Origin: a virus
Lineage: Duplodnaviria; Caudoviricetes
Reading direction: 5' to 3' (one strand)
Length of the DNA stretch: 63,608 nucleotides
IMG/VR virus record: IMGVR_UViG_3300032282_004026
Coordinates: 1-63,608 of that record
Part shown: positions 38,225 to 49,273 of the stretch, piece after piece
Numbering within the stretch: position 1 is the first letter of the stretch
Layout: every line of letters starts with the position of its first letter
Made by a program: the position numbers and the translations under genes
Notes under the pieces: model-generated
What the model saw: only the letters and a program-made list of their open reading frames with translations
The model's database searches: none
Told to the model about the DNA's origin: nothing

Positions 38225-39847
38225 TTAAACTTTAAACCAGAAGTCGCCTTCTACTGCATTTGTAGGTTCAGCGCTTTGTACATATTTCTTTGAAGTTCCC
38301 CACATTGGCTGTTGTTCATTTACGTATACTGTTGTTGCTCTGGTAGATACAGCATTAGTAATAGCAAGATTCATATTAGTGCTATTAGTGTAATTAGCAA
38401 ATGTATTATCTATTGATGTTTTAGTGTAGTAACTACTTAATGCTGTAGTTATCTTACCGTCTACTTGAGTAGAAGTTGAGTAAGGAACTAATGCAGTTGA
38501 AATTGCATAATCTGTTCCATCTTTATTATAATAATCTAATAGAGTTTTATTAATTCTATTAACTACATATTCTGTATTAGCTATTCTAGTAGAACCTGCC
38601 TCAATATAAACCTGTCCAGCGAGTGGATCATATCCAGGATCACCTTGTCTCTTATTTCTTCCATCTGTAACGATTACAGTAGGAGTAGTTGGGAATTTAT
38701 TAGTGCTATCTGTTGTTAAATCTGGAGCTGCAAGAGGAGCCTTCAAAGCTAATGCGCTATTAATCTGTGTTCTATGTAACCATACATATTTAGTATTTGC
38801 AATAGTTGCGCTATTACTATCAATTGTTGCATCTGGAGCTTGTGCACTTCCAGTAAATACTGGATTTTCCAATGGTGCAATAGTAGAAGTAACACTATTT
38901 AATCTATAGAATAGATTTGTGCTATTAGCCCAAACATCACCGTTTTCTGGAGCAGATGGTAAAACATTATATGGAGGAATTCTTAAAGAAGCATAATTAG
39001 CTGCGCCAGGAGCTAACTTAAGTTTCCCTGTCATTTGCTCTCCACCACCAGTACCAAGTACTGCTAGTTTATTACGAGCACCTGTCGCATCAGTAGAACC
39101 GGTTCCGCCATTAGTAATTTGAACTACGCCATCAACATCAGTTGCAACATCTGCATGATCTGCATTATACGCATCATCGGCGTATCCAGTTAAGTGACCA
39201 ATAAAATTAGTCGCTGTTAAACTATTATCACCATCTCTTACTGCAATAGTATTTGGATCAGCAGAAAACGAAGGAAGTTTATCTTGAAGTTTCCAAGAAT
39301 TTAAATTTGCCTGAGCAGCACTTAATGCATTGATTTTATCTCTTACAGAGATTGAATTAAAATCAATAGTGTTTAATTTTTGAGTTAACGAAACTGAAAG
39401 ATATTTAAAGTTATTATCTAGTTCTTCAATAGTTAATGGATAACCTTTTTCAGAACGAAGAATAATAGAAGATGGGATACTCGCGCCCTGAAGCTTTAAG
39501 TTAATAGAGAACTTTTCAAATTCTATATTACCACTTCCGACTGTAGTACTTCCATTAGTACTAATTACCCAACCAGTATCTGCTAAGTTATCGCCTTCTT
39601 GGATGAATACAATTGTACCACCATCTACACTAGATGCAGTAGCAAAATCAGAAGCTCTGCTCCAACTTCCATTAGAACCAATCGTGTATATACCATTCTG
39701 AGATCTATCAGTTTGTGCTTTAACTAAGATTCTATTACCAGATGCGACAATAACTCCATCAATCTTAGCTTGACCTAATATAAGATTAGTGGATAAGTTT
39801 ACGTACTCTAAAGTACCTAAACGTACAGGATTAAATGTTGTTGCCAT
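38225..39847 (-). CDS. Tail fibre / fibre-base protein
   Basis: IDG......RILVK.Q....NGIY, R..KG.PLT..E.D.NF, GGTG......AR..L, P.FTG...AP, IANT.YV; ends P....GDFWFKV. Confidence 0.78.
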   Translation of the reverse strand: MATTFNPVRLGTLEYVNLSTNLILGQAKIDGVIVASGNRILVKAQTDRSQNGIYTIGSNGSWSRASDFATASSVDGGTIVFIQEGDNLADTGWVISTNGSTTVGSGNIEFEKFSINLKLQGASIPSSIILRSEKGYPLTIEELDNNFKYLSVSLTQKLNTIDFNSISVRDKINALSAAQANLNSWKLQDKLPSFSADPNTIAVRDGDNSLTATNFIGHLTGYADDAYNADHADVATDVDGVVQITNGGTGSTDATGARNKLAVLGTGGGEQMTGKLKLAPGAANYASLRIPPYNVLPSAPENGDVWANSTNLFYRLNSVTSTIAPLENPVFTGSAQAPDATIDSNSATIANTKYVWLHRTQINSALALKAPLAAPDLTTDSTNKFPTTPTVIVTDGRNKRQGDPGYDPLAGQVYIEAGSTRIANTEYVVNRINKTLLDYYNKDGTDYAISTALVPYSTSTQVDGKITTALSSYYTKTSIDNTFANYTNSTNMNLAITNAVSTRATTVYVNEQQPMWGTSKKYVQSAEPTNAVEGDFWFKV

Positions 39848-39850
39848 TGA

Positions 39851-40090
39851 TTATTTTCCTCTAAGAACTTGGCTAAGCATTTGCTTTATTTCTTCTATAT
39901 CAGATTTTAAAGAAGCAATTTCTTGCGATTGTTGTTCTACTATTTGTTTTTGTTTTTTCTCTGCAAGTCTTCTTCTTTGATACGCTTCAAATTCATTATC
40001 ATCAGTAGATACTATAGCATGAGAGGACATGTCTCTCACTAGAGAATCATGTCCTTCTACCTTTGCGAATTGTGGAATTACGCTGCGCAT
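39851..40090 (-). CDS. Small coiled-coil protein conserved downstream of VrlC-like genes
   Basis: KVEGH..LVRD....AIV..D...LK.DI.EIK.ML. Confidence 0.72.
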   Translation of the reverse strand: MRSVIPQFAKVEGHDSLVRDMSSHAIVSTDDNEFEAYQRRRLAEKKQKQIVEQQSQEIASLKSDIEEIKQMLSQVLRGK

Positions 40091-43000
40091 GCAATCACTC
40101 TAAAATCTTTAATACGTGGTACCTGAGATTTATTTATGGATTTCATAACCAGTTTAACGATTACACTATCAAAAGCTTCTAGTCCTTCAACATCACATGT
40201 AATATCAGTAAAATCTACTAAAGATTTAGTATATCCAGATTTAGGTTCTGCTTTACTGAAAGAGGCTTCACTGAAGTTTGCATCTACGCTTAATCCAGTC
40301 TTATAGTATACTTCCACATTTGCATCTGGAGGAATAATTGCTGCAAACATAATTTTCAACATTTCTGAAGGGCGTGAGAAATTAATCTTCTTAGTTACAT
40401 ACTTACTATGCGTAGAACCACCAGATGGAGCATAGTCTGACTTGAAGTGAGATAGCCAGAATATTTGTGCGCCAATTGCATTAGCAGTATCTTGAATAGT
40501 AACACCATCTTTAAATCCTACTAATGTGATATACAATGTAGTAGGATCGTAAGACATACTCTTAATTACCATATCACGAGTAGCATTTGTTCCACCACTG
40601 TAAACGAATCTTAAAACTTGTCCAGGCTGTAGATTATTGGTGCAATGATTATAAAGCGCTGTTTGTGAAATATTATTAACAGTTAGTGTATCTTTAATAC
40701 CATCACCATCAATATCAATTAATCCAAATGTTTTTCCGCTTCCAATTTCAGCAGACCAAGAATTAACTGTACCGGTACCAGTTAAAGATGTACCAGCCGC
40801 AGAAGCGATAAAAGTTGTTCCGACCTTTGTGCTATCAGTTGTAGCATTAGGGCCACCAACTGAAGTAAAGTTAGTACCTATTGTTGCTACAGTATAAGTT
40901 ACACCTGAAATAATAGATGTTGCTGCAATTCCATTACCACCAGAAATTCTGAAATAATCTAGTTCAGAATCATTAACGTCTAATGTTGGACTATCAACTT
41001 TATTACTTACTAAAGTCATCGCCAATCTTCCAAGATCAATAACTGGAGAAACAGAATTTAATGATGCTGAAGGTTTCAAAGTAGCAATTACACTTAATCC
41101 AGATGGGAACTGAGCATTCGTATAATTCATAGAAGAAGGATACACCTTTGTTTCTGGGAATGATACATTTTCCTTTGGAACCATATCATATAAGTCAGGA
41201 ACATCTGAGTGATTAATAACCTTGGCTTGATATGAAATGCTAGTTCCAGGTGGAACAATTTCAGCAATCTCAATCATTGCTGTTTGGAATTCATAGTTTT
41301 CAGTAGCACAAATATATGAACCACCTACTTGTCCACTTGCAGTAGAAGCTGTTAAGAATTCTACAACATATGAATCTAATTCAACGTGTTGAATTGTCCA
41401 ACCAATATCTCTAAATATTTCAGCTGCTGAAATTCCATTGATACTATCAATCACTTGACGTGATGTAAATTTAACTATTTCACCATCAACCATACCGTGA
41501 TCTCTGTGATTAACACGACATTTTTTACTTCCAGTAATAAAGTTGAATGGATTAAAATCTAAAGTCTTAACTGATAATTTTGGAGGAATTAATTCGATTG
41601 AACGAGATGCAGAAGTATCAAACACAGCTCTACGAATAACAAACTTCATATCTTGCGTTTGATCTGCGGTCCACGTAGAAGCATTCTGTGATTTGAATAA
41701 AACACCATTATATGGCTGAGAACTAATTCTTACCTTAGTTGCAACATCAATAGTATCTGTTTGAGAAATCCAAATCTTATATGCATTAGAATCAGATAGA
41801 GCAACTAATGCATACTCTACGCCATTCTGTAAGAATACAGGAGAAGAGAATGTAAATGTAGTAGGAGTTAAACTATCAGTACTAGTAACAATTTGAGATG
41901 CCTTCTTCTCAACACGTGAGAATGGAATAACTGCACTTCCAGGATAGCCATTCACGACTTCACGAATTTCGATTCTCATAGGAATCTTTTCATCTTTACT
42001 TTCAAAGAATAAGTCGACCGAAGTAATAAATGCGCCACCTTCTTGTTGAACTAAGAAAGTTTGAGCTAATGGATCAAACCAACCAGTATCACGAGTTAAT
42101 CTATCGCTTGTGTTTACAATAGTATTCTGATCAGAAACTTGAGTAGAACTAATAGAAGCTGTTCTTGTAGAAAGAATTGTACGTTGTTTAATTTCTACTA
42201 AACCATTTGCTTCATAGAACATTCCTCCGCTCGTAGATTCTTGATCTCCGCGTGTTGCTGGATTTGTAGAAGCACTATCAGAGAAGCGAAGTTCGCGTTT
42301 ACCTGTTCTAAATTTGACTAATGGACTACTTGGAATTCTAAAGATACCAGTAATTAAACCAGTTAGAGAAGATACTAAACTTGTATAATCTGTTCTTCCG
42401 CCTGATATAAATTTAACTCTTGGCTTTAATCCATTACTTGCAGTATATTCACCTTCGAAATATGCATTACTTGCAGTAGAGAATTGGCCATTGCCTTTAA
42501 TATTCAAAACATGAATGTAATAGTTAGTTCCAGAAACTTCTTGCCCAACTACAATTGCAGTGTTACCGGTAGCAGTACCACCAACATATTCTTTAATTAC
42601 TTCGCCGTGGTTAAACGCTACTTCAACTTCTTCAGTAGTATGCTTAGGTCCAATCACTTTAGCAGATACATCTGCTACAGTTGCACCGGTCCATGCTGGA
42701 GAAATCGTGAGAGTATCGTTATCAGTAATAGACTCAACTTTATATCTCGTTGGAGTTCCAACATTTAGAATATCACCAACTTCGACTTGTTGAGTAAATG
42801 CAGTTGCAAGTCCTTCAACACTTGTACTATTCTGTGTTAATGTAATTGTACCAGAAATAGAAGTGCCATCACTATAATATACAGTACGTGTTGCCTCAGA
42901 TACTGCTGAACCAGCATTACGCACAGTATCAAATTTATATTCATATCCATCAACTTTATTAACTGTTAATCGTACTGCTGGAGTAATATAATCATCTACT

Positions 43001-46000
43001 GATGTATTATCAAAATAAGAATACATTCTAGTAGATGGCTTAAATCCATAACCAGTAAACAGTACTGCACGTGGACGAATATATGGAACAATCTGTGTAT
43101 CTACTACACGATCATCAAGAACTTTAGAATCAATTTTATCTACAAGGAAACTTCTTACACCTGCGCGTTGTTGAGTAGTTTCTGTAGCTTGAGTTTCAAT
43201 AGTAACTACACGAGAACCAGCAACTGATGAAGCTTGTGCAGACCAAATATCGCGATTGGTGTTACCAATCAAATCTAATTCTTCAGCAGTAAATGTAGAA
43301 CGACTACGCCAGAAAGTACCACCGTTATTAGCTGAATTCAGAATTTCGTTATCTGCAACTGACCATTGACCAAGATTTTGCTTTCTTTCTGCAAGAGTCT
43401 TAGTAGAAGAGAATACAGTTTGCCACGCATTCCATACTGTTCCCAATACTCCATCTTTTTCAGCTTTGGTTTTAACAGCAATATATTTGCTTTCATCTGT
43501 AAGAATAATATCAGGACGATATTGCGTTGCAAACCAAGTGTCTGACCAAGGGTTAATATCTACAATGCCTTTCCAGCTATAAAGAGCATACGGATTTAAG
43601 AATTCTGATATTGAAGCTTTACGCTGAGCGATGAGTTCTGTCTCAGTATATGGTAGAGTTACTAAGTCTCCAGAAACTTTATATGTTCTATTTGCAGCAG
43701 ATACGTTTTCAAGTAATGCAACTTGTTTTTGCGAGAAGAATGGGCGAAGTTCTTTATTCTTTGAATCTATAGATGCATTCCAATCTTCAGATCCAGTATT
43801 ACCGATACCTTGTCCATCAAATGAATCTACTAAGAATCCATTTTGATAACGTTCATTACCATCTGCATCAACAATTCTCATATTTTTAGTTTCTAACTCT
43901 GTTAAAGTTAGAGCAGTGTAATATTCAAGATCTTGAATACGACGCTCAAGAGATCCAATATCACGCATTGTATATCGCTTATTTTCAACTCTATCAACTA
44001 AAATGCCTCTATTGCGACTTCCTCTAAATGTATATGGTTCTACACTTAGTCTTGCTAATTTCATAGAATTAGCTGGAATATTAGGTTCAGCTGGAGTATC
44101 AGATGGAATACCACGATTAAGAATAAATTGACCAGTGCTAGTCAATGATACATTATCAATTCTAGAATAATGGTGAGTATATTTAAACGATGCGCTCTTA
44201 CCAAATTTTGGAAAATACTTTAATGCAAATCCCGCGCCACTTGCCATTGGTCTAAAGTCAATCGAATCACGAAGAGATATATTAGATACTGAATAAATCT
44301 GATCATATGTCATGCGTGAATCATCAGAATATGTATATGAATCTACTCCAAAGAATCCACCGGCATCAGTTGATGCTGGATTTAAATACTCATACGCAAT
44401 TCTAATAGGACCAGTTGGCGCTGTTGCACCTGGAGCTAGTGAAATACTAGCTAAACCCATATGAGTAGTCTTTTGTCCAGAATTAAAATTGTATCTAGAA
44501 GTAATATTAACACTGTAAATTGGATTTGCAGCAGTTTGCGTAGTAAATCCACGAGCATCCATTAATATAGAAGTAATACGTGTAATGTATGGATGATTTA
44601 AAGTAATATTAGTAGCAGTAGCTGCAGCTTGAGCTGTAAGCTGAATTGGAGATGCATCAGCTACTGTAAAATTAACCTGAGCATTAGTTGCATCAGCTCT
44701 CTTCATTGTCGCAAGCAATGTGTATGATGTATTATTAGTTAATCCAGTAATAGTAATTTTATTATCTGTTGCTGTTAAATTAGCTCCTGGAATTAATATT
44801 ACGGCTACACCAGTTCCATTATTCATTAGAAGATAATTTTGAGAAGTGTATATGCTTTCAAAAGTATAGCCAAATGGCGCATCTTGCTCAATCTTTGAGC
44901 TAGACGCAGTCTTTGTGAAAGGAATAACAACTGAATATGTTACCTCAGAAATATTACTTACTGCATAAGTCTTTGGAATAGGATAAATTAGTGTATCGCC
45001 TGCTGCAGTAGGATTATTCATTACCGCAACACCATTCTCTAAGATGGCGTTGCATTTAAATGCTGTTGCAGAATTAGCATTATTACTTATAGATAGAACA
45101 CTCTTAAAATCTTTAGAAGCGTTCATCTTAACATCGAATAGGAATAGTCTATATGTCCATGCGCCAACACTAGCATTGCTAACATCTAGATTTTCTAAAG
45201 CACGAACTCTAGCAGTTCCTATAACTGTACCAGTTGCAATACTACCTTTTGTTACGCTATGTAAATTAACTGTTGGGATATTCGCTAAATCTGGGAAATA
45301 ATCTAACCCAGTAACATTCACGAATGATCCACTTGAAAGATCGATGTCAGCAGTTATACTAGGAGAAATTGAATCTGTTATAGCTGGTGCAGAAGTTGTT
45401 TTAAAGAAAGTTGCTAAAGCAGAACTTCCAGCTGGAAGATTTCTAGATTTTTGAATTGGTAAGAATTCAGTAGAAAGTTTTTCAATTTCATAACCGCGAA
45501 CATAAGCTTTACCGCTCTCTACACCAATACAAGAATGACCAGCTAAACGAATATGGTCATTTAATGTAAAGGCAGAATACAGGATATCACCTGCAGTGAA
45601 AGTATATACGCCTTGATTAAAATCTGGATATAAAACATATTCCCAAATAATATCATTATCTGTTATAGAATCTACTGTTTGAAGATTAAATCCAGTAGGT
45701 TTTGAAGATTTAAACGCAGCAGGCTTAGAAGATAAATTTGAGCTAGTTCCATTAGTTACTGCAACGAAATACCAGAATCCTGTAGATCCATCTGTAACTT
45801 TAATGATATCGCCTTGAATGAATTTCTCGTTTGGAGCCCAATCACCACGCAAATTATTACGTAGTTCTTTGATTTGCATATTAAATGGTGATAATGAATA
45901 ATCACCAGATTCATCATATGTACGACGAGCAAGAGTCTTCTCTAATTCTGCGTATTGAGTACGATCAACTTTAAATAAAACTTTACCTTTTTGTAAGGCT

Positions 46001-46821
46001 AATAGATCAATGAACCCGTCATCATTTGACGTATTAAAGTCTGAGAATGGACTTGCAGTAGTTCTTAAATCTATTTTACTAAGCACTAAATCCATATAAT
46101 AACGCGCTGCACCTGGAGCAGAATAATTAGGAGAACCTAACGCATTATCTAATAAATTTTCATTATCTTCTGGGTATATCACTTCTTCATTTAACTGCAA
46201 TCCAACTCTATAACTTGGAGTTGTAGTATACTTGTCAAGAATAATAGTTTGATCTGTTACTAAAACAAAATTCTTTTTGATATAATATACACCGCGTTGA
46301 ATCGTAGCAGAGCATCCCTTACCTGTTGGAAGACCAGTGTCAGCCACAGTAACGTCATAACCGGTACTTCCATCAACTGGTGTTAATACTTCATTAGGAG
46401 AAAATGTGGATACGTTAATACCAGTAATAGTTTGAACAGAATTTTGATACTTAACAAAAATAGTATCTAAGTCATCTCCCTCTTTCAAGGTATAAGTTAT
46501 AACCTTAGCAATTAATCCAGCAGAATTCTTAATTTCTTTACCAACGATTCCAGATAAAATATTTTCTGCTTTAACGCCTGCATTAAATCCAAGCTTTACA
46601 TAATTAAGATTTAAGTCATAGGAAATTTGACCAGGGATAACCATTGCACCTTCTTTAAAGATGTGATCACCGTGGCGACGAACTTGTTCTTGAATAATCG
46701 TCTGAAGTTGGGTTAACTCTCTTGCTTGAACCGCATAACCTGGTCTAAATAAAATACGATAAAACTTATCGTCTTCTGAATAATCATCAAAGAATGGTTC
46801 AATTGAAAAATCTAGTGCCAT
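40078..46821 (-). CDS. VrlC-like (DUF4815-type) large virion structural protein
   Basis: PFFDD, LFRPGYAVQARELTQLQ, LARRTYDESG, RYTMRDIG.LE.RI..LEYY, DPLAQTF, G.LFKSQN.STW. Confidence 0.92.
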   Translation of the reverse strand: MALDFSIEPFFDDYSEDDKFYRILFRPGYAVQARELTQLQTIIQEQVRRHGDHIFKEGAMVIPGQISYDLNLNYVKLGFNAGVKAENILSGIVGKEIKNSAGLIAKVITYTLKEGDDLDTIFVKYQNSVQTITGINVSTFSPNEVLTPVDGSTGYDVTVADTGLPTGKGCSATIQRGVYYIKKNFVLVTDQTIILDKYTTTPSYRVGLQLNEEVIYPEDNENLLDNALGSPNYSAPGAARYYMDLVLSKIDLRTTASPFSDFNTSNDDGFIDLLALQKGKVLFKVDRTQYAELEKTLARRTYDESGDYSLSPFNMQIKELRNNLRGDWAPNEKFIQGDIIKVTDGSTGFWYFVAVTNGTSSNLSSKPAAFKSSKPTGFNLQTVDSITDNDIIWEYVLYPDFNQGVYTFTAGDILYSAFTLNDHIRLAGHSCIGVESGKAYVRGYEIEKLSTEFLPIQKSRNLPAGSSALATFFKTTSAPAITDSISPSITADIDLSSGSFVNVTGLDYFPDLANIPTVNLHSVTKGSIATGTVIGTARVRALENLDVSNASVGAWTYRLFLFDVKMNASKDFKSVLSISNNANSATAFKCNAILENGVAVMNNPTAAGDTLIYPIPKTYAVSNISEVTYSVVIPFTKTASSSKIEQDAPFGYTFESIYTSQNYLLMNNGTGVAVILIPGANLTATDNKITITGLTNNTSYTLLATMKRADATNAQVNFTVADASPIQLTAQAAATATNITLNHPYITRITSILMDARGFTTQTAANPIYSVNITSRYNFNSGQKTTHMGLASISLAPGATAPTGPIRIAYEYLNPASTDAGGFFGVDSYTYSDDSRMTYDQIYSVSNISLRDSIDFRPMASGAGFALKYFPKFGKSASFKYTHHYSRIDNVSLTSTGQFILNRGIPSDTPAEPNIPANSMKLARLSVEPYTFRGSRNRGILVDRVENKRYTMRDIGSLERRIQDLEYYTALTLTELETKNMRIVDADGNERYQNGFLVDSFDGQGIGNTGSEDWNASIDSKNKELRPFFSQKQVALLENVSAANRTYKVSGDLVTLPYTETELIAQRKASISEFLNPYALYSWKGIVDINPWSDTWFATQYRPDIILTDESKYIAVKTKAEKDGVLGTVWNAWQTVFSSTKTLAERKQNLGQWSVADNEILNSANNGGTFWRSRSTFTAEELDLIGNTNRDIWSAQASSVAGSRVVTIETQATETTQQRAGVRSFLVDKIDSKVLDDRVVDTQIVPYIRPRAVLFTGYGFKPSTRMYSYFDNTSVDDYITPAVRLTVNKVDGYEYKFDTVRNAGSAVSEATRTVYYSDGTSISGTITLTQNSTSVEGLATAFTQQVEVGDILNVGTPTRYKVESITDNDTLTISPAWTGATVADVSAKVIGPKHTTEEVEVAFNHGEVIKEYVGGTATGNTAIVVGQEVSGTNYYIHVLNIKGNGQFSTASNAYFEGEYTASNGLKPRVKFISGGRTDYTSLVSSLTGLITGIFRIPSSPLVKFRTGKRELRFSDSASTNPATRGDQESTSGGMFYEANGLVEIKQRTILSTRTASISSTQVSDQNTIVNTSDRLTRDTGWFDPLAQTFLVQQEGGAFITSVDLFFESKDEKIPMRIEIREVVNGYPGSAVIPFSRVEKKASQIVTSTDSLTPTTFTFSSPVFLQNGVEYALVALSDSNAYKIWISQTDTIDVATKVRISSQPYNGVLFKSQNASTWTADQTQDMKFVIRRAVFDTSASRSIELIPPKLSVKTLDFNPFNFITGSKKCRVNHRDHGMVDGEIVKFTSRQVIDSINGISAAEIFRDIGWTIQHVELDSYVVEFLTASTASGQVGGSYICATENYEFQTAMIEIAEIVPPGTSISYQAKVINHSDVPDLYDMVPKENVSFPETKVYPSSMNYTNAQFPSGLSVIATLKPSASLNSVSPVIDLGRLAMTLVSNKVDSPTLDVNDSELDYFRISGGNGIAATSIISGVTYTVATIGTNFTSVGGPNATTDSTKVGTTFIASAAGTSLTGTGTVNSWSAEIGSGKTFGLIDIDGDGIKDTLTVNNISQTALYNHCTNNLQPGQVLRFVYSGGTNATRDMVIKSMSYDPTTLYITLVGFKDGVTIQDTANAIGAQIFWLSHFKSDYAPSGGSTHSKYVTKKINFSRPSEMLKIMFAAIIPPDANVEVYYKTGLSVDANFSEASFSKAEPKSGYTKSLVDFTDITCDVEGLEAFDSVIVKLVMKSINKSQVPRIKDFRVIACAA

Positions 46822-46834
46822 ATTTTTTTCTCTG

Positions 46835-49249
46835 TTAGAATGAAATTAGAGTAGATACCGCAACGGTTTGATCTTCTGAAGATACAAACTTAACTCTATT
46901 GTCTATGTATAATAACTCTCCGGAATACTTATTAAAATCTGGGACTTCAACCGATATCACACTTATGCTAGCAGTTGAATTACCTACAATTTTATAAAGA
47001 GTAGAGCCTTGAGATGGAAGCTGTTTAAAGTTATTATTAATTTGTGCAACTAGATAATATTTATTACCTATTTGCGTCTTCTCAATCAATGTGAATGTTT
47101 TAGCTGAATCACTACTTAAATATAACACATCATCTTTCGTTAATAAAGAATATGTAGCAGTGTTAGTAGCAGTAACTTCACACGTAAATACTAGACATGA
47201 AGAACCTACTGCTTTTCTAAAGAATGAATCAGAAGAATATTCTTTAAGATTTTTAATAATAGCAATTTGTCTAAAATCGTTAGTGATTGGGATGCCTTTG
47301 TTTTCTTCTTTTACTAGACGTGTTTGAAGCATAATCGTCTTAGCATAAAGTTCTCCAATCGCATCTTTACCGTGGCCACCCTTTGGAGAAATGATTGCTC
47401 TTAATCGAGCTTGCGATAAACCAGATTGATCAGGTCCATCACCAATATTAACTACAACAGTAGCATTAGTATAATTTTGTCCAGGATTAGTTACTATAAC
47501 TTTAGTAATTTTACCTGATACAATCACTGGTTCAGCTGCGCATCCAGAACCATCACCAATGATAGTTAATCGAGTACCAGTATAAGTTACGTTACCATTT
47601 GAATCAATTACTTTGTTAAATGCTGGATAACCATTACCACCAAAATCAACTTTAATAACTGGAATAGATCCATTAACTGCTAATAATTCAACGTTAGATT
47701 GTTTAGTTTCAATATCACCAATACCAAAATTTAATAATATGCTAGCATCTAAAAATCCAGTAAGACCTATATCCGGATCACTTGCATTAGTAGGAGTCAC
47801 AGTTATAAGAGGACTTGCTAAATTTCCAGGCACAAGTCTTTTCTTACATACAACTTTTACTGAAGCATATGTATAACCTATTCCAGGAGAAGCAATTGTG
47901 AGAGATTCAATCTCTCCGCTCGAATTAATTCCAGGAAGAATCTCTGCTTCATTTTTCTGTGAAGCTTCGTCAAAATTGCAAGTAAAACCGCCAGTCGATA
48001 ATACAGTTGATATTACGTTAGCAGTACCAACGGTAGATCCAGAGAATAGTAATTTTTCAGTATATCCATAGCCGCCATCGACTACAGTTACTGTATCTAC
48101 TTCATACTTAGAAGCATTTGGAGCAGCTTTATTTCTAAACGTAACTGTAATGGTTGGTCTACGACCATATGACTTTGCTGGAGGTGGGAAAATGAATAAA
48201 TCGCCACTAGGCTGAGTATCAAATGTTCCTCTATTAACAATATTGATTTTCTTTAATGAATAAGGATTTAATTCATTATATCCATCGCCAGTTACTTGAA
48301 TTTCAGTATAACCGTTTGTAGTATCTCTTTCATACTCAATGATGTAGTCAAATCCTCTTGCAGTAGCTAATGGGCTACTTATAGTAAATGTAGGTTGAGT
48401 AGTGTACCCAGAACCCTGATTAGTAATACTAATTGCAGCAATACCACCGTTAGAATCATAACTCGTAATAGTAGCAGTAGCACGTACTCCATTAGAAGAT
48501 GCTGCATCAAACGTAACAAACGTAATAGTAGAACCGGTGTAATTAATACCTCCGCTAAGAACAGTAACTCTTTTTACTTTCCATAGCGCTTTAATGTACT
48601 TTGAACCTCTATTCTCAATAGCAAATCCAGTAATAGATCCATTAGAATAGAATTGATTAGTTAATGCCGTTAAGACCGGCATATAATTTGTTGTTAAGAA
48701 TTTATTACGAAGATATAATGGAACAGTATACATGAATTTCCAAATATATCCATCATCCATTAGAACAGCTTCTGTACTAGAACTCACTGGCTTACTAGTA
48801 GAAGCAGAATTATTATTATTGAACAGACACTTATAAACGTTATATTCATCGGTAATAACGTAAAACAACGCAGTGTCAGTAGAAGTAGCACCAGTATATG
48901 ATGGAGAATCAGACGTATAATCATCATACATATCATACACTGTGCCCGGTTGCCAATTAACTCTATTAACGACCACAGCAACGTCGTTAGAGTCAATATA
49001 TTTAGAATAAATCATGTTTCTACGAGTTTCTAATTCATAAGGATATGAATCAGACACTGCTGGTGGATCTTCTTCACTAGAAACTGTATAAACTTGATTT
49101 TGATTATCTATTGCTGTGACTGTAGGCCACGCAGAACTTCTCCCAAAGGTGTAATAATATCTTGACACCTTTGAGATAATTTCAAAGAAAATCGACTTAA
49201 CAATATTCGTCTTTAGCGAATATTTAAGTAAGGTCGTTCCATTTGCCAT
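46835..49249 (-). CDS. gp8: Baseplate wedge subunit, extended
   Basis: R.NW..G.VYDMY, YVIT.EYNVYKCL.N, DGYIWKFMY, P.GGHG.D...EL, NDFRQ, SGE.LYIDNR. Confidence 0.88.
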   Translation of the reverse strand: MANGTTLLKYSLKTNIVKSIFFEIISKVSRYYYTFGRSSAWPTVTAIDNQNQVYTVSSEEDPPAVSDSYPYELETRRNMIYSKYIDSNDVAVVVNRVNWQPGTVYDMYDDYTSDSPSYTGATSTDTALFYVITDEYNVYKCLFNNNNSASTSKPVSSSTEAVLMDDGYIWKFMYTVPLYLRNKFLTTNYMPVLTALTNQFYSNGSITGFAIENRGSKYIKALWKVKRVTVLSGGINYTGSTITFVTFDAASSNGVRATATITSYDSNGGIAAISITNQGSGYTTQPTFTISSPLATARGFDYIIEYERDTTNGYTEIQVTGDGYNELNPYSLKKINIVNRGTFDTQPSGDLFIFPPPAKSYGRRPTITVTFRNKAAPNASKYEVDTVTVVDGGYGYTEKLLFSGSTVGTANVISTVLSTGGFTCNFDEASQKNEAEILPGINSSGEIESLTIASPGIGYTYASVKVVCKKRLVPGNLASPLITVTPTNASDPDIGLTGFLDASILLNFGIGDIETKQSNVELLAVNGSIPVIKVDFGGNGYPAFNKVIDSNGNVTYTGTRLTIIGDGSGCAAEPVIVSGKITKVIVTNPGQNYTNATVVVNIGDGPDQSGLSQARLRAIISPKGGHGKDAIGELYAKTIMLQTRLVKEENKGIPITNDFRQIAIIKNLKEYSSDSFFRKAVGSSCLVFTCEVTATNTATYSLLTKDDVLYLSSDSAKTFTLIEKTQIGNKYYLVAQINNNFKQLPSQGSTLYKIVGNSTASISVISVEVPDFNKYSGELLYIDNRVKFVSSEDQTVAVSTLISF

Positions 49250-49273
49250 TGTAGCCCCGTAAAATTAAACTGA

